DNA of 24,102 nt from a virus. The position numbers and the translations under genes are program-made. The notes under the pieces were generated by a model. It saw nothing but the letters and a program-made list of their open reading frames with translations. It had not been told where the DNA came from and did no database searches. The stretch lies in IMG/VR virus record IMGVR_UViG_3300017925_000171, one strand, 5' to 3'. Of the stretch, positions 1 through 7,285 are shown piece by piece (within the stretch, counting starts at the first letter, position 1; each line of letters begins with the position of its first letter).

Positions 1-1
1 C

Positions 2-295
2 CTCGTCAACGGGAAGGTACGGTCCAAGCTCCTCTTCATCACGGGAGGGCACCGACTGAGCTACCAGTCCCACGAGAGGCGGGGAGAATTCTGGAGGGTC
101 CTCCGCGGGACGGTTCTGGCGACGGTCGACGGTCAGGAAACCCTCATGCACGAGGGCGACCGGATGGAGATTCCGAGGCGGGCGAAGCACCGGCTCGCCG
201 GCAAGACGGACGCGGTCGTTCTGGAGATCCCGGTCGGTCCGTTCGACGAGGCGGACATCACCCGATACGAGGACGACTACGGGAGGGCGCCGTGA
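2..295 (+). CDS. Cupin domain protein, type II mannose-6-phosphate isomerase-like C-terminus (5' truncated)
   Basis: Manual translation from base 2: ...GHRLSYQSHERRGEFWRVLRG...MEIPRRAKHRL...VVLEIPVGPFDEADITRYEDDYGR. The LSxQxHxxRxExW and DIxRxEDDYGR motifs are typical of PMI type II. Stop TGA at 293-295. Confidence 0.85.
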   Translation, partial: LVNGKVRSKLLFITGGHRLSYQSHERRGEFWRVLRGTVLATVDGQETLMHEGDRMEIPRRAKHRLAGKTDAVVLEIPVGPFDEADITRYEDDYGRAP

Positions 296-504
296 TCTAC
301 GATTACGAGAAGGTGACGGAGGTCCGGCTGGACCGGGATGCCAAGCGGCTCGAGCTCATCGTGAACGGGAAACGGGTCGCGGTCGAAGGCGTCGAGGGCC
401 TCTTCCTGAAGTCGATACCGTTCATCGACGAGCAGGGCATCGCGCACCTGAACAAGGGGCGGGTGTCGATCGGGACGGACGGAATCGCCGTCGCGGGTGA
501 TTAA
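292..504 (+). CDS. Hypothetical protein (70 aa, beta-rich)
   Basis: GTGA overlap with the cupin gene, GGAGG upstream, GC3-rich codons. Confidence 0.7.
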   Translation: MIYDYEKVTEVRLDRDAKRLELIVNGKRVAVEGVEGLFLKSIPFIDEQGIAHLNKGRVSIGTDGIAVAGD

Positions 505-1013
505 GGGCCGGGCGCGGGGCACTTGTTCCCGCGCGTCGGGTGCATCCGGACGAACTGGAGGATTCGGGCGGGCTTCTCACCCTCCTCCCAGCAGAAGCGG
601 TTGACCTTCTGGAATCCAGCGTTCTCCAGCGCCCGGATGCTCGCCCGGTTGTCGAAGGTGACGTCTGCGGCCAGGACGCGGCACCCCTCGGTGCGCAGAG
701 CATCCTCAGCGTTCATCCGGTAGGTCCGGGTGCCAATCCCGTGGCCTCGCATGTCCTCTCGAACGGCACCCTGCTTCAACGTACAGAGGAACCAGTCGTT
801 CTGGACCCAGTGGATTCCGGAGACGATGTCGCTGGGTCGTCCGGGCTCGCAGAGCATAGTCCAGTTGGGGGCACGGCTGGCCTCCTCGATGACCTCCTCG
901 GGCAGGCCCTTCTCGGAGTTCTTCTCCAGGAACGTCTTCTTGGCCCGCTGTTCGGCTTCCTTCGAGGGGAATACGCAGGCCACGAGGCGCTGGGCGAGAT
1001 CGTCCTCGGGCAC
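501..1013 (-). CDS. GNAT family N-acetyltransferase
   Basis: Acetyl-CoA motif A (AVREDMRGHGIGT) and motif B (DNRASIRALENAGF). Six Cys residues. Confidence 0.85.
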   Translation of the reverse strand: MPEDDLAQRLVACVFPSKEAEQRAKKTFLEKNSEKGLPEEVIEEASRAPNWTMLCEPGRPSDIVSGIHWVQNDWFLCTLKQGAVREDMRGHGIGTRTYRMNAEDALRTEGCRVLAADVTFDNRASIRALENAGFQKVNRFCWEEGEKPARILQFVRMHPTRGNKCPAPGP

Positions 1014-1065
1014 GGATGGGGATAGGGCTCTTCAGCGTTAAGAACTCTTGCCGAGAAAAGGGTTG

Positions 1066-1097
1066 GACCGGGGCGCGCGGAGAGACGCACCCCGGTC
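1066..1097 (-). terminator. GC-rich hairpin followed by a short pyrimidine/T tract downstream of the small basic protein gene
   Basis: Minus strand GACCGGGGTGCGT-ctctcc-GCGCGCCCCGGTC forms a 13-bp stem (two G-U pairs), followed by caacccttttctc, in the intergenic gap 1014-1124. Confidence 0.45.
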
Positions 1098-1124
1098 TGG
1101 GGTTGGAAGGTGGTGAGGTGCGGC

Positions 1125-1343
1125 CTAGCCGCCCCGGCGCATCTTCGTGCCGACGCACGACATGGCCTTCACGAGTTCGGCCTTGCTCATCCCGCGGTGG
1201 ATTCCACACTCGCGGGCCGCGTTGCCGGCTCGGATCTGCTGGGGCGTCTTCGCGTACTTGCTGGGTCGCCAGGCGAGTACGAGATGACCCTTCGGCGAGA
1301 GCTTCTTGACGATGGCGTTTCGGCCTCCGGATACGATGGTCAT
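1125..1343 (-). CDS. Small highly basic protein (72 aa), putative nucleic-acid-binding or virion core protein
   Basis: 15 K+R versus 2 acidic residues. Has its own TATA box and GAGGT SD. Function is inferred from composition only. Confidence 0.7.
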   Translation of the reverse strand: MTIVSGGRNAIVKKLSPKGHLVLAWRPSKYAKTPQQIRAGNAARECGIHRGMSKAELVKAMSCVGTKMRRGG

Positions 1344-1349
1344 TTTCGG

Positions 1350-1384
1350 ACCTCTGGATGGGAATTGGGAAGGGGGGTTATAAA
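1350..1384 (-). promoter_or_regulatory. Archaeal-type TATA box plus Shine-Dalgarno for the small basic protein gene
   Basis: TTTATAA at 1384-1378, about 35 nt upstream of the ATG at 1343, and GAGGT at 1354-1350. An isolated AT patch in GC-rich DNA. Confidence 0.65.
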
Positions 1385-1403
1385 CGCCGCCCCAAATTCT
1401 TGG

Positions 1404-1712
1404 TCAAGTCAAAACGATGACCTGTCTAAGTCCGTCGTGATCTGTGACGAGAACCGGGCCGAGGTCGTGGGTGATTGGGCCACCCTTCGTCGCGACGACG
1501 ATCCGCGCCTTCCCGTAGGTGATCTCGTCGAGGGGAACGTAGTAGACGCCCTTCTCGCCGTTGGACCGCTTCCGGACCAACCCCTCCTCGGCCAAACGTC
1601 CGATCCGGTAGCGAAGGGCCGAGTCACGCTTAGCCAGGACCTTCGAGAGCTGATGGATCGTGGCCTCCTTCGTCAGGAGCGCCTGGATGATGCGGCTATC
1701 GAGTTGGTCCAT
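1404..1712 (-). CDS. Winged helix-turn-helix transcriptional regulator (ArsR/Lrp-like N-terminus)
   Basis: MDQLDSRIIQALL...ATIHQLSKVL...SALRYRIGRLAEEGLVRK...GVYYV matches the wHTH pattern. Confidence 0.8.
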   Translation of the reverse strand: MDQLDSRIIQALLTKEATIHQLSKVLAKRDSALRYRIGRLAEEGLVRKRSNGEKGVYYVPLDEITYGKARIVVATKGGPITHDLGPVLVTDHDGLRQVIVLT

Positions 1713-2471
1713 TCAAGCTCCTGGAGTCGTGGCGTGCGAAGCTCGACCCGCCAGTATACGAGCGCGTTTGACAGGGTCGGCCCAAGCAGCTTTGAGAGCC
1801 GCGGACCGCTTGGCCCTAGTAGCTGGTTGCCGCTGGGCATCCAGCCGATTGCGGGCATGGTCGGGATCGTTGGCCACGCGCTTCATGGTAGCGGAACGTG
1901 ATTCCCTAGCACCGGGTCGGGACCACTCTTCGGTCCTCAGCGCGGAATTGCGTTGGCGGTAACTTGAGGAGGACCGAGTGGCTACCTCCTTGTCTCGATA
2001 GGCGGCATCAGTCCAGAGGTCGGAGATCGCCTTCGCTTTCTTCTGGACGACCTCAGGCCGGGTCTGAGCTTCTCGTTGGATGACGACGTTCCTTGCACGA
2101 ACAGTTGGGTCGCTAAGCACGATTTTGGCTGCCTCGCTCATTCGGCGGCGAGTCTCCCCAGAGATGGCGCAGGAAGGACCGTTTCCCACCTTCAGAGTGT
2201 AGCCGTCCGGTACGAGAGCGTGATGGGTAATGGCATGGGCAAGCTCCCGCGAGTTCAGGTCGGTGCGGTCTGTAACTACCTCGAGAACCCGAAGGTCGAA
2301 CTGGTCAGCTCCGTATTTTAGAATCGCACGGTGAAGTGGCGAGTCGTACCTAGGACGCTTTGCTTCGGATTGGTGCTGCCACCAGCGAACCTCTAGCGGT
2401 CGGATGGTCTGTCCGACGTAGCACTTCCCGGTCGCCCGGCACGTCACGAGGTAGATGATTCCGCCCGTCAC
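1713..2471 (-). CDS. GIY-YIG homing-type endonuclease with C-terminal helical (NUMOD3-like) repeats
   Basis: GIIYLVTC...GKCYVGQT...RWWQH...ELNSRE...GYTL, followed by repeated W/L-x-DP-x-x-R units. Start reassigned to GTG 2471 (GTGA overlap with the thioredoxin gene). Codon usage is less GC3-biased than neighbours. Confidence 0.88.
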   Translation of the reverse strand: MTGGIIYLVTCRATGKCYVGQTIRPLEVRWWQHQSEAKRPRYDSPLHRAILKYGADQFDLRVLEVVTDRTDLNSRELAHAITHHALVPDGYTLKVGNGPSCAISGETRRRMSEAAKIVLSDPTVRARNVVIQREAQTRPEVVQKKAKAISDLWTDAAYRDKEVATRSSSSYRQRNSALRTEEWSRPGARESRSATMKRVANDPDHARNRLDAQRQPATRAKRSAALKAAWADPVKRARILAGRASHATTPGA

Positions 2472-2998
2472 CCGCTCCCCTCGGTCCGTTCCATGCACGC
2501 TACGATGTCCGCGGGGTCCTCGTACGACTCGCAGGCCTTGTTCGGGTCTTCCTCGGTAGGGGTTACGTCCTTACCCGCGGCGATGTCGGCGACGACCTGC
2601 TCGAGGTCGGGAGGGTCCATCGCCCCGCTGAACGCGACGACGCGCTCTCCGTTATGGTAGAAGACCGTGGTCGGTGTCGAATCGGCGCCCTCCTCTTCGG
2701 CCAGCTTGGAGCAGCCGTCCTCCTCGATCGAGGCCTCGACCGCGGCGAACCCCTTGTTCTTCCCCATGAGACCGACGGCGGCGGCGACCTGGTCGGCGCA
2801 GTGCGGGCACCCGGGCTGGGTGATGACGAACGCGACCACGGGCTTGAGCTTCTTCGCGGAGGCGACCGCGTCGGAGGAACAGTCCGCGATGGTCTCCTTG
2901 GCAGTCTCGAGGTCGGTGAGACGGGTCCGGCAGGCCGCCTCGTCGTTGATGACCCCCTTCAGGACGGCGCAGACCGTATCGGGGTCGGGGAGCGGCAT
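2468..2998 (-). CDS. Thioredoxin-fold protein (CPHC active site) with Cys-containing terminal extensions
   Basis: QPGCPHC motif, cis-Pro motif STPT, and FYHNGERV...GA. Real start is ATG 2998; the 5' part of track ORF 2468..3469 is an off-frame shadow. Eight Cys in total. Confidence 0.85.
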   Translation of the reverse strand: MPLPDPDTVCAVLKGVINDEAACRTRLTDLETAKETIADCSSDAVASAKKLKPVVAFVITQPGCPHCADQVAAAVGLMGKNKGFAAVEASIEEDGCSKLAEEEGADSTPTTVFYHNGERVVAFSGAMDPPDLEQVVADIAAGKDVTPTEEDPNKACESYEDPADIVACMERTEGSG

Positions 2999-3000
2999 CT

Positions 3001-3384
3001 TCAGACCTGATTGGGCGCGAGGGCAATTAAGGTGTCGGCGGGCGGGGTCTGGTGACGAGGGCGGTCCGCGAGGAGGAGCTCGACCAGGAAGGCGTGCTTG
3101 TCTGGGAAATTCTTCTCCAACGCCTCGAGGACCCCGAGCTCGCGTAGGATCCGGAGGCACCCCAGGCGGGTTTCCAGCGGCCAGCGGAGAAGGAAGGCCC
3201 ATTCCGCCTCGAACTCGGCCCTGGAAAGGGGCCTGGGGCGCGTTCCCGGGCGGTCCCCCGTGTCCTTGGACGTCCGGGCCTCTTCCAGAGCCTCCTGGAG
3301 AGCCTCCCGTTCCTCGTCCGTCAGGGATTCCGAGGCAAGGGCCGTCTCCAGCTGTCGGGCGTAGACGTCGAGGTAGTCGGTCAT
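3001..3384 (-). CDS. Hypothetical protein (127 aa)
   Basis: ATGA overlap with upstream gene, GC3-rich codons. Confidence 0.7.
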   Translation of the reverse strand: MTDYLDVYARQLETALASESLTDEEREALQEALEEARTSKDTGDRPGTRPRPLSRAEFEAEWAFLLRWPLETRLGCLRILRELGVLEALEKNFPDKHAFLVELLLADRPRHQTPPADTLIALAPNQV

Positions 3385-3605
3385 ACGGCCCCTGCGCGGT
3401 GGACGAACAGCGTACGGTCCCGTTCGAGGAGCACGACGAGTCCGGAACGGCAGGCCTCGAGGATAGCATCGAAGAACTTGTCGGCGTCCTCCACGGTATC
3501 GCCGTCCTCGGCGGCGACCAGGAGGACGGTGGCCCTCAACCGGGCCTCCGTCTCCGCGGTGAGCGGGACGGGGGTGAACCCGGGGGGAGTGTCGTTTCCG
3601 CTCAA
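3381..3605 (-). CDS. Hypothetical protein (74 aa)
   Basis: TTGA overlap with the AAA+ gene stop and ATGA overlap downstream. Confidence 0.65.
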   Translation of the reverse strand: MSGNDTPPGFTPVPLTAETEARLRATVLLVAAEDGDTVEDADKFFDAILEACRSGLVVLLERDRTLFVHRAGAV

Positions 3606-4588
3606 ACCTGAGCCTCCTGGCCGAGCTGGGAGATCAGATGGACGGCGTCGGCGTACGTGCGTGCCATGTTGGCGATGCGGACCGCGTCCCGCAGGTCACG
3701 GGACTTGAACGAGACCCCCTCCGCGATGACCTTGGCCACGGCCTCGGAGCAGCCCCGGTTTAGGAGGTGGTAGAACGCGATTCGCCGGAACTCCTCGGGA
3801 GTATATTCCGGCATCCTTATCAGGTGAAACCTGGAGACCAGCTCCGGTCGCATCTTCCGGGTGGTGTTGCAGGCGGCGAAGAACCGGGTCGTGATCTTCT
3901 GGAGGCCCGACTCCCCGTAGTGCTGGACGGATACCTTTCCCTCGAGGACGGACAGCAGGACCTTCTGGGCCTCGTCGTCCATCTTCTCGAGCTCGTCGAT
4001 GACGCAGATCGCGGGCTTCTGGACCATGGCGAGCTCGCGGATTCCCGGCTGGGACATCCCCATCCCGTAGCGCATGACGGACCCGGGGAGCGTGTTGATG
4101 GCGTCGAGGAACAGGCTCTTGGAGGAAGCGGGCGGCCCGAGGAGGAGACAGTGGACGGGTTCACGGGCACCGAGGGCGAGGTTCAACTCGTACTTCACGC
4201 CGTCGAACCCTATGATCTGCGACCAGAGGTCGGGTCGGGCGCCAGGGGGAACGGGGGCGGCCTCGACGGGGGAGCGGTACCGCGCGCTCTCGCGCGTGGT
4301 CTCGAAGAGGTACTGGCCCATCGCCTCGCTGAGGGCGGCAGGCTCGTGGATGACGTAGCCCCCGGACACCTTGTCGAGGAGACCGTCGATGACGAGGCGG
4401 GTCAGGTCGCGATCGAAGACGCGGACGTCGGACCACTTGAAGGGCACGTCGCCGTGCTTCCTGCGCCAGTCGAGGGCGAGGCGGAGGGCTCCGACCGCCC
4501 CGCGGTGTGTCCAGAGCCAGAGCTTGAGCGAGTCCGCGGGGCCGGCCTGGGAGCGCACCGCGGCGCTGGGGGGTTCGTTCTCAGTCAT
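3602..4588 (-). CDS. MCM-related / RuvB-like AAA+ ATPase with N-terminal wHTH-like domain
   Basis: Walker A VHCLLLGPPASSKS, Walker B ICVIDELEKMD, sensor 1 FAACN, Arg finger LVSRF, and lid RDLRDAVR. Compact archaeal-type MCM-like architecture without the Zn/OB N-terminal domain. Confidence 0.85.
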   Translation of the reverse strand: MTENEPPSAAVRSQAGPADSLKLWLWTHRGAVGALRLALDWRRKHGDVPFKWSDVRVFDRDLTRLVIDGLLDKVSGGYVIHEPAALSEAMGQYLFETTRESARYRSPVEAAPVPPGARPDLWSQIIGFDGVKYELNLALGAREPVHCLLLGPPASSKSLFLDAINTLPGSVMRYGMGMSQPGIRELAMVQKPAICVIDELEKMDDEAQKVLLSVLEGKVSVQHYGESGLQKITTRFFAACNTTRKMRPELVSRFHLIRMPEYTPEEFRRIAFYHLLNRGCSEAVAKVIAEGVSFKSRDLRDAVRIANMARTYADAVHLISQLGQEAQV

Positions 4589-4594
4589 GGAGCA

Positions 4595-4852
4595 TCACTC
4601 AGTCCAGGGAGCAGGGGCGCCGTCCTCGACACCGGATACAGGAACCTCTCGGCATCCCGAGCAGTGGTGTCGGGCGGGCTTACCACGTTCCAGGATGGGC
4701 CACCTGTCCCGGCACCATTCCTCTCCGTGGATGGGGCAAAGGTGGAAGGTACGGGGCCACCGGTCGACGAGGCCCCCGATGACGGGAACGAGGGGTGACC
4801 CGTGGAATCCGATCGCGTTCGGGGCCGTCCCCACGCTGGTGGCCGAAACCAT
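4595..4852 (-). CDS. Hypothetical Cys/His-rich protein (85 aa)
   Basis: This frame is GC3-rich, has purine-rich SD GAAGAGGGG, and carries CPIH...C...HCSGC. Confidence 0.5.
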   Translation of the reverse strand: MVSATSVGTAPNAIGFHGSPLVPVIGGLVDRWPRTFHLCPIHGEEWCRDRWPILERGKPARHHCSGCREVPVSGVEDGAPAPWTE

Positions 4853-4883
4853 GGCCCCTCTTCAAAGGGGCGCTCAAATCGCA

Positions 4884-6212
4884 TCATGCCCGCGCGTCCG
4901 CGTCCGACGGCATCTCGGTCCAGGTCCGCCCGTCGATAACGGCCTTGTCGTGGGACCGGGCGTCGGGCCACCCTCCGAGTTGTTTGAGGAAGAAAGGGAT
5001 GCGAACGGCAGCGCAGGCATCGCGTAGAGACCTAGCCCAATCCAATTCCATGGGACGAGACCGTGGTCCGCTCTCACCCCCGCAAATTACCCAAGAAATC
5101 CCCAGCGCTGGCCAAGGCAAATCTTTGAGATGGCCCTGTCGGACACCCCGTAACGCGCCGCGATATCCTTCAACGACTCCCCGGCGAGTCTGCGTTTCCG
5201 AATCTCCAAGACCTGAGAGTTCGTTAGCTTCGCCATGACATTGGCCTCTCCCTGTTGGTCCAGTCGCCCGACTTTGAGCACACGAAGCGCGTGGACCACA
5301 TTCCCAGATGGCGTCACTAGTTCGAGGTTGTTTGGCCGATTGTCCCACTTTCGGCCGTTCCTGTGATTGACGGTCAATCCGTCGGGTATCGGGCCATTGA
5401 AGTGGCGATAGACCAATCGGTGGGCCAGAGCGAAGTATCGTATCGAATCGAACATGGCTCTCACCTGGAGATAACCAGAAGGTACCCGGTGCTCCGCCCT
5501 CCGCCGTGGGCACGCGATCATCCGAGATGATTTCCCTCTCCCAGGACCGCGGTTCGCAGCAACCCTCCAAACCCGGCCCTTCGAATCTATATTCAGGTCT
5601 CCCCTCATAACGGCTTTGTAGACCATCTCCTCTCGGTGTAGGGTTGCGACCATTGATTGGGCTATATTTAAGCCAAGTAGATAAGTCTACTGGTCCGAGA
5701 AGTGGTTCGCAGGAAAGGAACCGTATGCGCGCGTGAACGTTGAGGAGTGGGGGAATCCGTCGGTTCGCGTTTGTTTGGTTTTCGACACTGGCCCCCAGCC
5801 AGACATTCGGGTAGCCGTCGCCCCAATCGGGGGGGAGCATGTGGGGGATGTTCTCGGGGCGTTTGGTGAGGACCTGGAACACGTGCCGCTTCGCCTCGCG
5901 CATCACGTCCCACACCTCGGCGCGGAACTCTTTCGGGACTGTTTCGTGGAACAGGTCGCTCCGGGAGTTGACGAAGACCATCCTAGGTTCTCTCCACTGG
6001 AGAGGTAGTTTGAGCCGGTCTGGGAAGCAACGAACATTGAGTGGCGCGTTGGGGTGCGTCCAAGGAAGGTACGGCTTGCCCTCCTGCGTCATTCGGAACC
6101 TCCTGTCGAGGGTCTCGGCGTAGCAGTGCCGGCAGCCTTCGCTGACCTGAGAGCAACCCACGATGGGGTTCCAAGTGGACTCGGTCCACGCAATCCCGGT
6201 CTTAGCGCCCAT
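4884..6212 (-). CDS. DUF5131 / phage Gp37-Gp68 family protein (radical-SAM-like three-Cys motif) with an approximately 190-codon in-frame insertion
   Basis: TGIAWTESTWNPIVGCSQVSEGCRHCYAE, VFVNSRSDLFH, FQVLTKRP, NVWLGASVENQ, RFLSCEPLLGP, then after the insert WVICGGESG and PFFLKQLGG. Start reassigned to ATG 6212 (GAGGT SD). Confidence 0.9.
   Translation of the reverse strand: MGAKTGIAWTESTWNPIVGCSQVSEGCRHCYAETLDRRFRMTQEGKPYLPWTHPNAPLNVRCFPDRLKLPLQWREPRMVFVNSRSDLFHETVPKEFRAEVWDVMREAKRHVFQVLTKRPENIPHMLPPDWGDGYPNVWLGASVENQTNANRRIPPLLNVHARIRFLSCEPLLGPVDLSTWLKYSPINGRNPTPRGDGLQSRYEGRPEYRFEGPGLEGCCEPRSWEREIISDDRVPTAEGGAPGTFWLSPGESHVRFDTILRSGPPIGLSPLQWPDTRRIDRQSQERPKVGQSAKQPRTSDAIWECGPRASCAQSRATGPTGRGQCHGEANELSGLGDSETQTRRGVVEGYRGALRGVRQGHLKDLPWPALGISWVICGGESGPRSRPMELDWARSLRDACAAVRIPFFLKQLGGWPDARSHDKAVIDGRTWTEMPSDADARA
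5087..5653 (-). CDS. HNH homing endonuclease (HNH_3-like plus C-terminal HTH) nested in the +1 frame inside DUF5131
   Basis: GYLQV...AHRLVYRHFNGPIPDGLTVNHRNGRKWDNRPNNLELVTPSGNVVHA, then GEANVMAKLTNSQVLEIR...IAARYGVS. Alternative start is ATG 5626. Confidence 0.9.
   Translation of the reverse strand: MVATLHREEMVYKAVMRGDLNIDSKGRVWRVAANRGPGRGKSSRMIACPRRRAEHRVPSGYLQVRAMFDSIRYFALAHRLVYRHFNGPIPDGLTVNHRNGRKWDNRPNNLELVTPSGNVVHALRVLKVGRLDQQGEANVMAKLTNSQVLEIRKRRLAGESLKDIAARYGVSDRAISKICLGQRWGFLG
5663..5672 (-). promoter_or_regulatory. Candidate internal TATA box for the nested HNH gene
   Basis: Minus strand CTTAAATATA, formed by the L-K-Y codons of DUF5131, about 38 nt upstream of ATG 5626. Similar spacing to the promoter at 1378-1384. 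Confidence 0.4.
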
Positions 6213-6813
6213 GCCCAACCTCTCGGAGGACATCGACGAGCTTGGCTCTCGCCGTGTTCGCATGTTTCTCAGCATCGTTGAAGGAGATCGCCTGCGTCTG
6301 GACGACGTCGTCCAGGGCTGAGCGGACCCGGTCCTTCAGTAGTCTCTCCCGATCGAATTCCTTAACCAGCGCCCGGGCCGCAACCCGATAAGGGGCTCCT
6401 GGGTCATCCGACCACTGGAACTCCTCGGAGGCGTCCGTCGGTGCGACGATGTGGCCGCGCCCATAATCGTCCTTACCCGCGCTCGGCCAGCTGCGCTTCA
6501 ACGACACGAGGTAAGCGTTGGAGTCGTCGGCCCATTCGAGCACGTAGGCCCGGTCGATGTCGACCTCCGCCGGATAGGCCTCGGCGATGAACATCGGCAC
6601 GGCGCGCACATAGTCGAGCCACTCCGGAACAACGGTTTTGGTGACGCTGCCGAACTCGGGCTCTGTCGGCGGGTGCCCGAGATTGAAGGCCTCGGGAGGT
6701 CCCGCGATCGCATTGAGGACGGACCGGGTCTCGGCCAGAATCGGCCCGGACAGAACGGGTGCGATGACCTGGATGGGCTCGGGCCCGTAGGGATTCTGGA
6801 TAGTCTGGGTCAT
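6202..6813 (-). CDS. Hypothetical protein (203 aa)
   Basis: ATGA overlap upstream, GC3-rich codons, overlaps the DUF5131 start. Confidence 0.75.
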   Translation of the reverse strand: MTQTIQNPYGPEPIQVIAPVLSGPILAETRSVLNAIAGPPEAFNLGHPPTEPEFGSVTKTVVPEWLDYVRAVPMFIAEAYPAEVDIDRAYVLEWADDSNAYLVSLKRSWPSAGKDDYGRGHIVAPTDASEEFQWSDDPGAPYRVAARALVKEFDRERLLKDRVRSALDDVVQTQAISFNDAEKHANTARAKLVDVLREVGHGR

Positions 6814-7049
6814 GGAAACGCCGCCACTCCTGCCGTCATGTAGCGGAGGATCACGAAATAGACGCGCAAGTCGGAGGTCTGCACCAGGTCGCCGTGTGGA
6901 CCGACCCAGATGAACATGCGATAGCCGTCCTCGATCTCGAGAAGCGGGAGGCGCATCGACTGTTGGAGAACGTACGTTCGCATGGGTGGCATACCGCTGA
7001 GGACCGATAGCGCATCCTCGGTCTCCGAGGCTGGGAATACCGCGCTCAG
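6810..7049 (-). CDS. Hypothetical protein, tandem paralog of 7046..7285
   Basis: ETEDALSVLSGMPPMR...RLPLLEIEDGYRMFIWV. Start uncertain: CTG at 7049 inferred from paralog alignment, versus GTG 7145 in the track. Confidence 0.65.
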   Translation of the reverse strand: MSAVFPASETEDALSVLSGMPPMRTYVLQQSMRLPLLEIEDGYRMFIWVGPHGDLVQTSDLRVYFVILRYMTAGVAAFP

Positions 7050-7285
7050 AGCCTTCCTCGGAACTGGTTTCGGCCCCACCGCGGGCGGCGGATCGAGACG
7101 TACCGGGCCGGGTCCGGCGGCAAGATGCCGCAGGACAGCACCCACTGGTACATTCGGAACTTTCCGTCGAGGTCCATCAAGGGGACCCTCGCGTCGCGGT
7201 CGTCGTATTCAAGGCGCTTCGGGGGCATCGCGCTCCCGAGAAGGGTCAGGACGTCGTCCGTCTCCCACCCGTTTACGGGTGCCAT
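7046..7285 (-). CDS. Hypothetical protein (79 aa)
   Basis: 3' part of track ORF 7046..7717. ATG 7285 follows a GGAGGG SD. GC3-rich codons. Confidence 0.7.
   Translation of the reverse strand: MAPVNGWETDDVLTLLGSAMPPKRLEYDDRDARVPLMDLDGKFRMYQWVLSCGILPPDPARYVSIRRPRWGRNQFRGRL

Noticed and set aside
1025-1050. Possible TATA (TTCTTAAC) for a leaderless GNAT transcript
   Set aside because: Weak match to consensus. The spacing is plausible but it is not distinguishable from chance.
2999-3469. 5' extensions of track ORFs (2468..3469, 7046..7717, 12288..13103, 13475..14119, 17516..18436, 20131..20733, 20594..21283, 20863..21429, 21093..21905, 21509..22342, 22776..23861)
   Set aside because: The extensions are off-frame readings of the upstream real genes. 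True starts were assigned at the coupled junctions.
3602-4588. Assigning the gene symbol ruvB or mcm
   Set aside because: The motifs are MCM-like, but the MCM Zn/OB domain is absent and there is no ruvA/ruvC context. A symbol would overstate the call.
4585-4971. Alternative ORF with ATGA overlaps at both 4887 and 4585
   Set aside because: Its S/P/T/G-rich composition is typical of an off-frame reading, while the 4595..4852 frame is GC3-rich with a Cys/His cluster. It is not fully excluded, nor is a frameshift at CCCCTTTGA.
5087-5680. Group I intron or intein explanation for the HNH insert
   Set aside because: There is no non-coding space for ribozyme core elements, and the HNH overlaps conserved host codons. 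There are no intein Cys/Ser start or His-Asn end motifs in the host frame, and the HNH is out of frame. Not formally excluded without RNA data.
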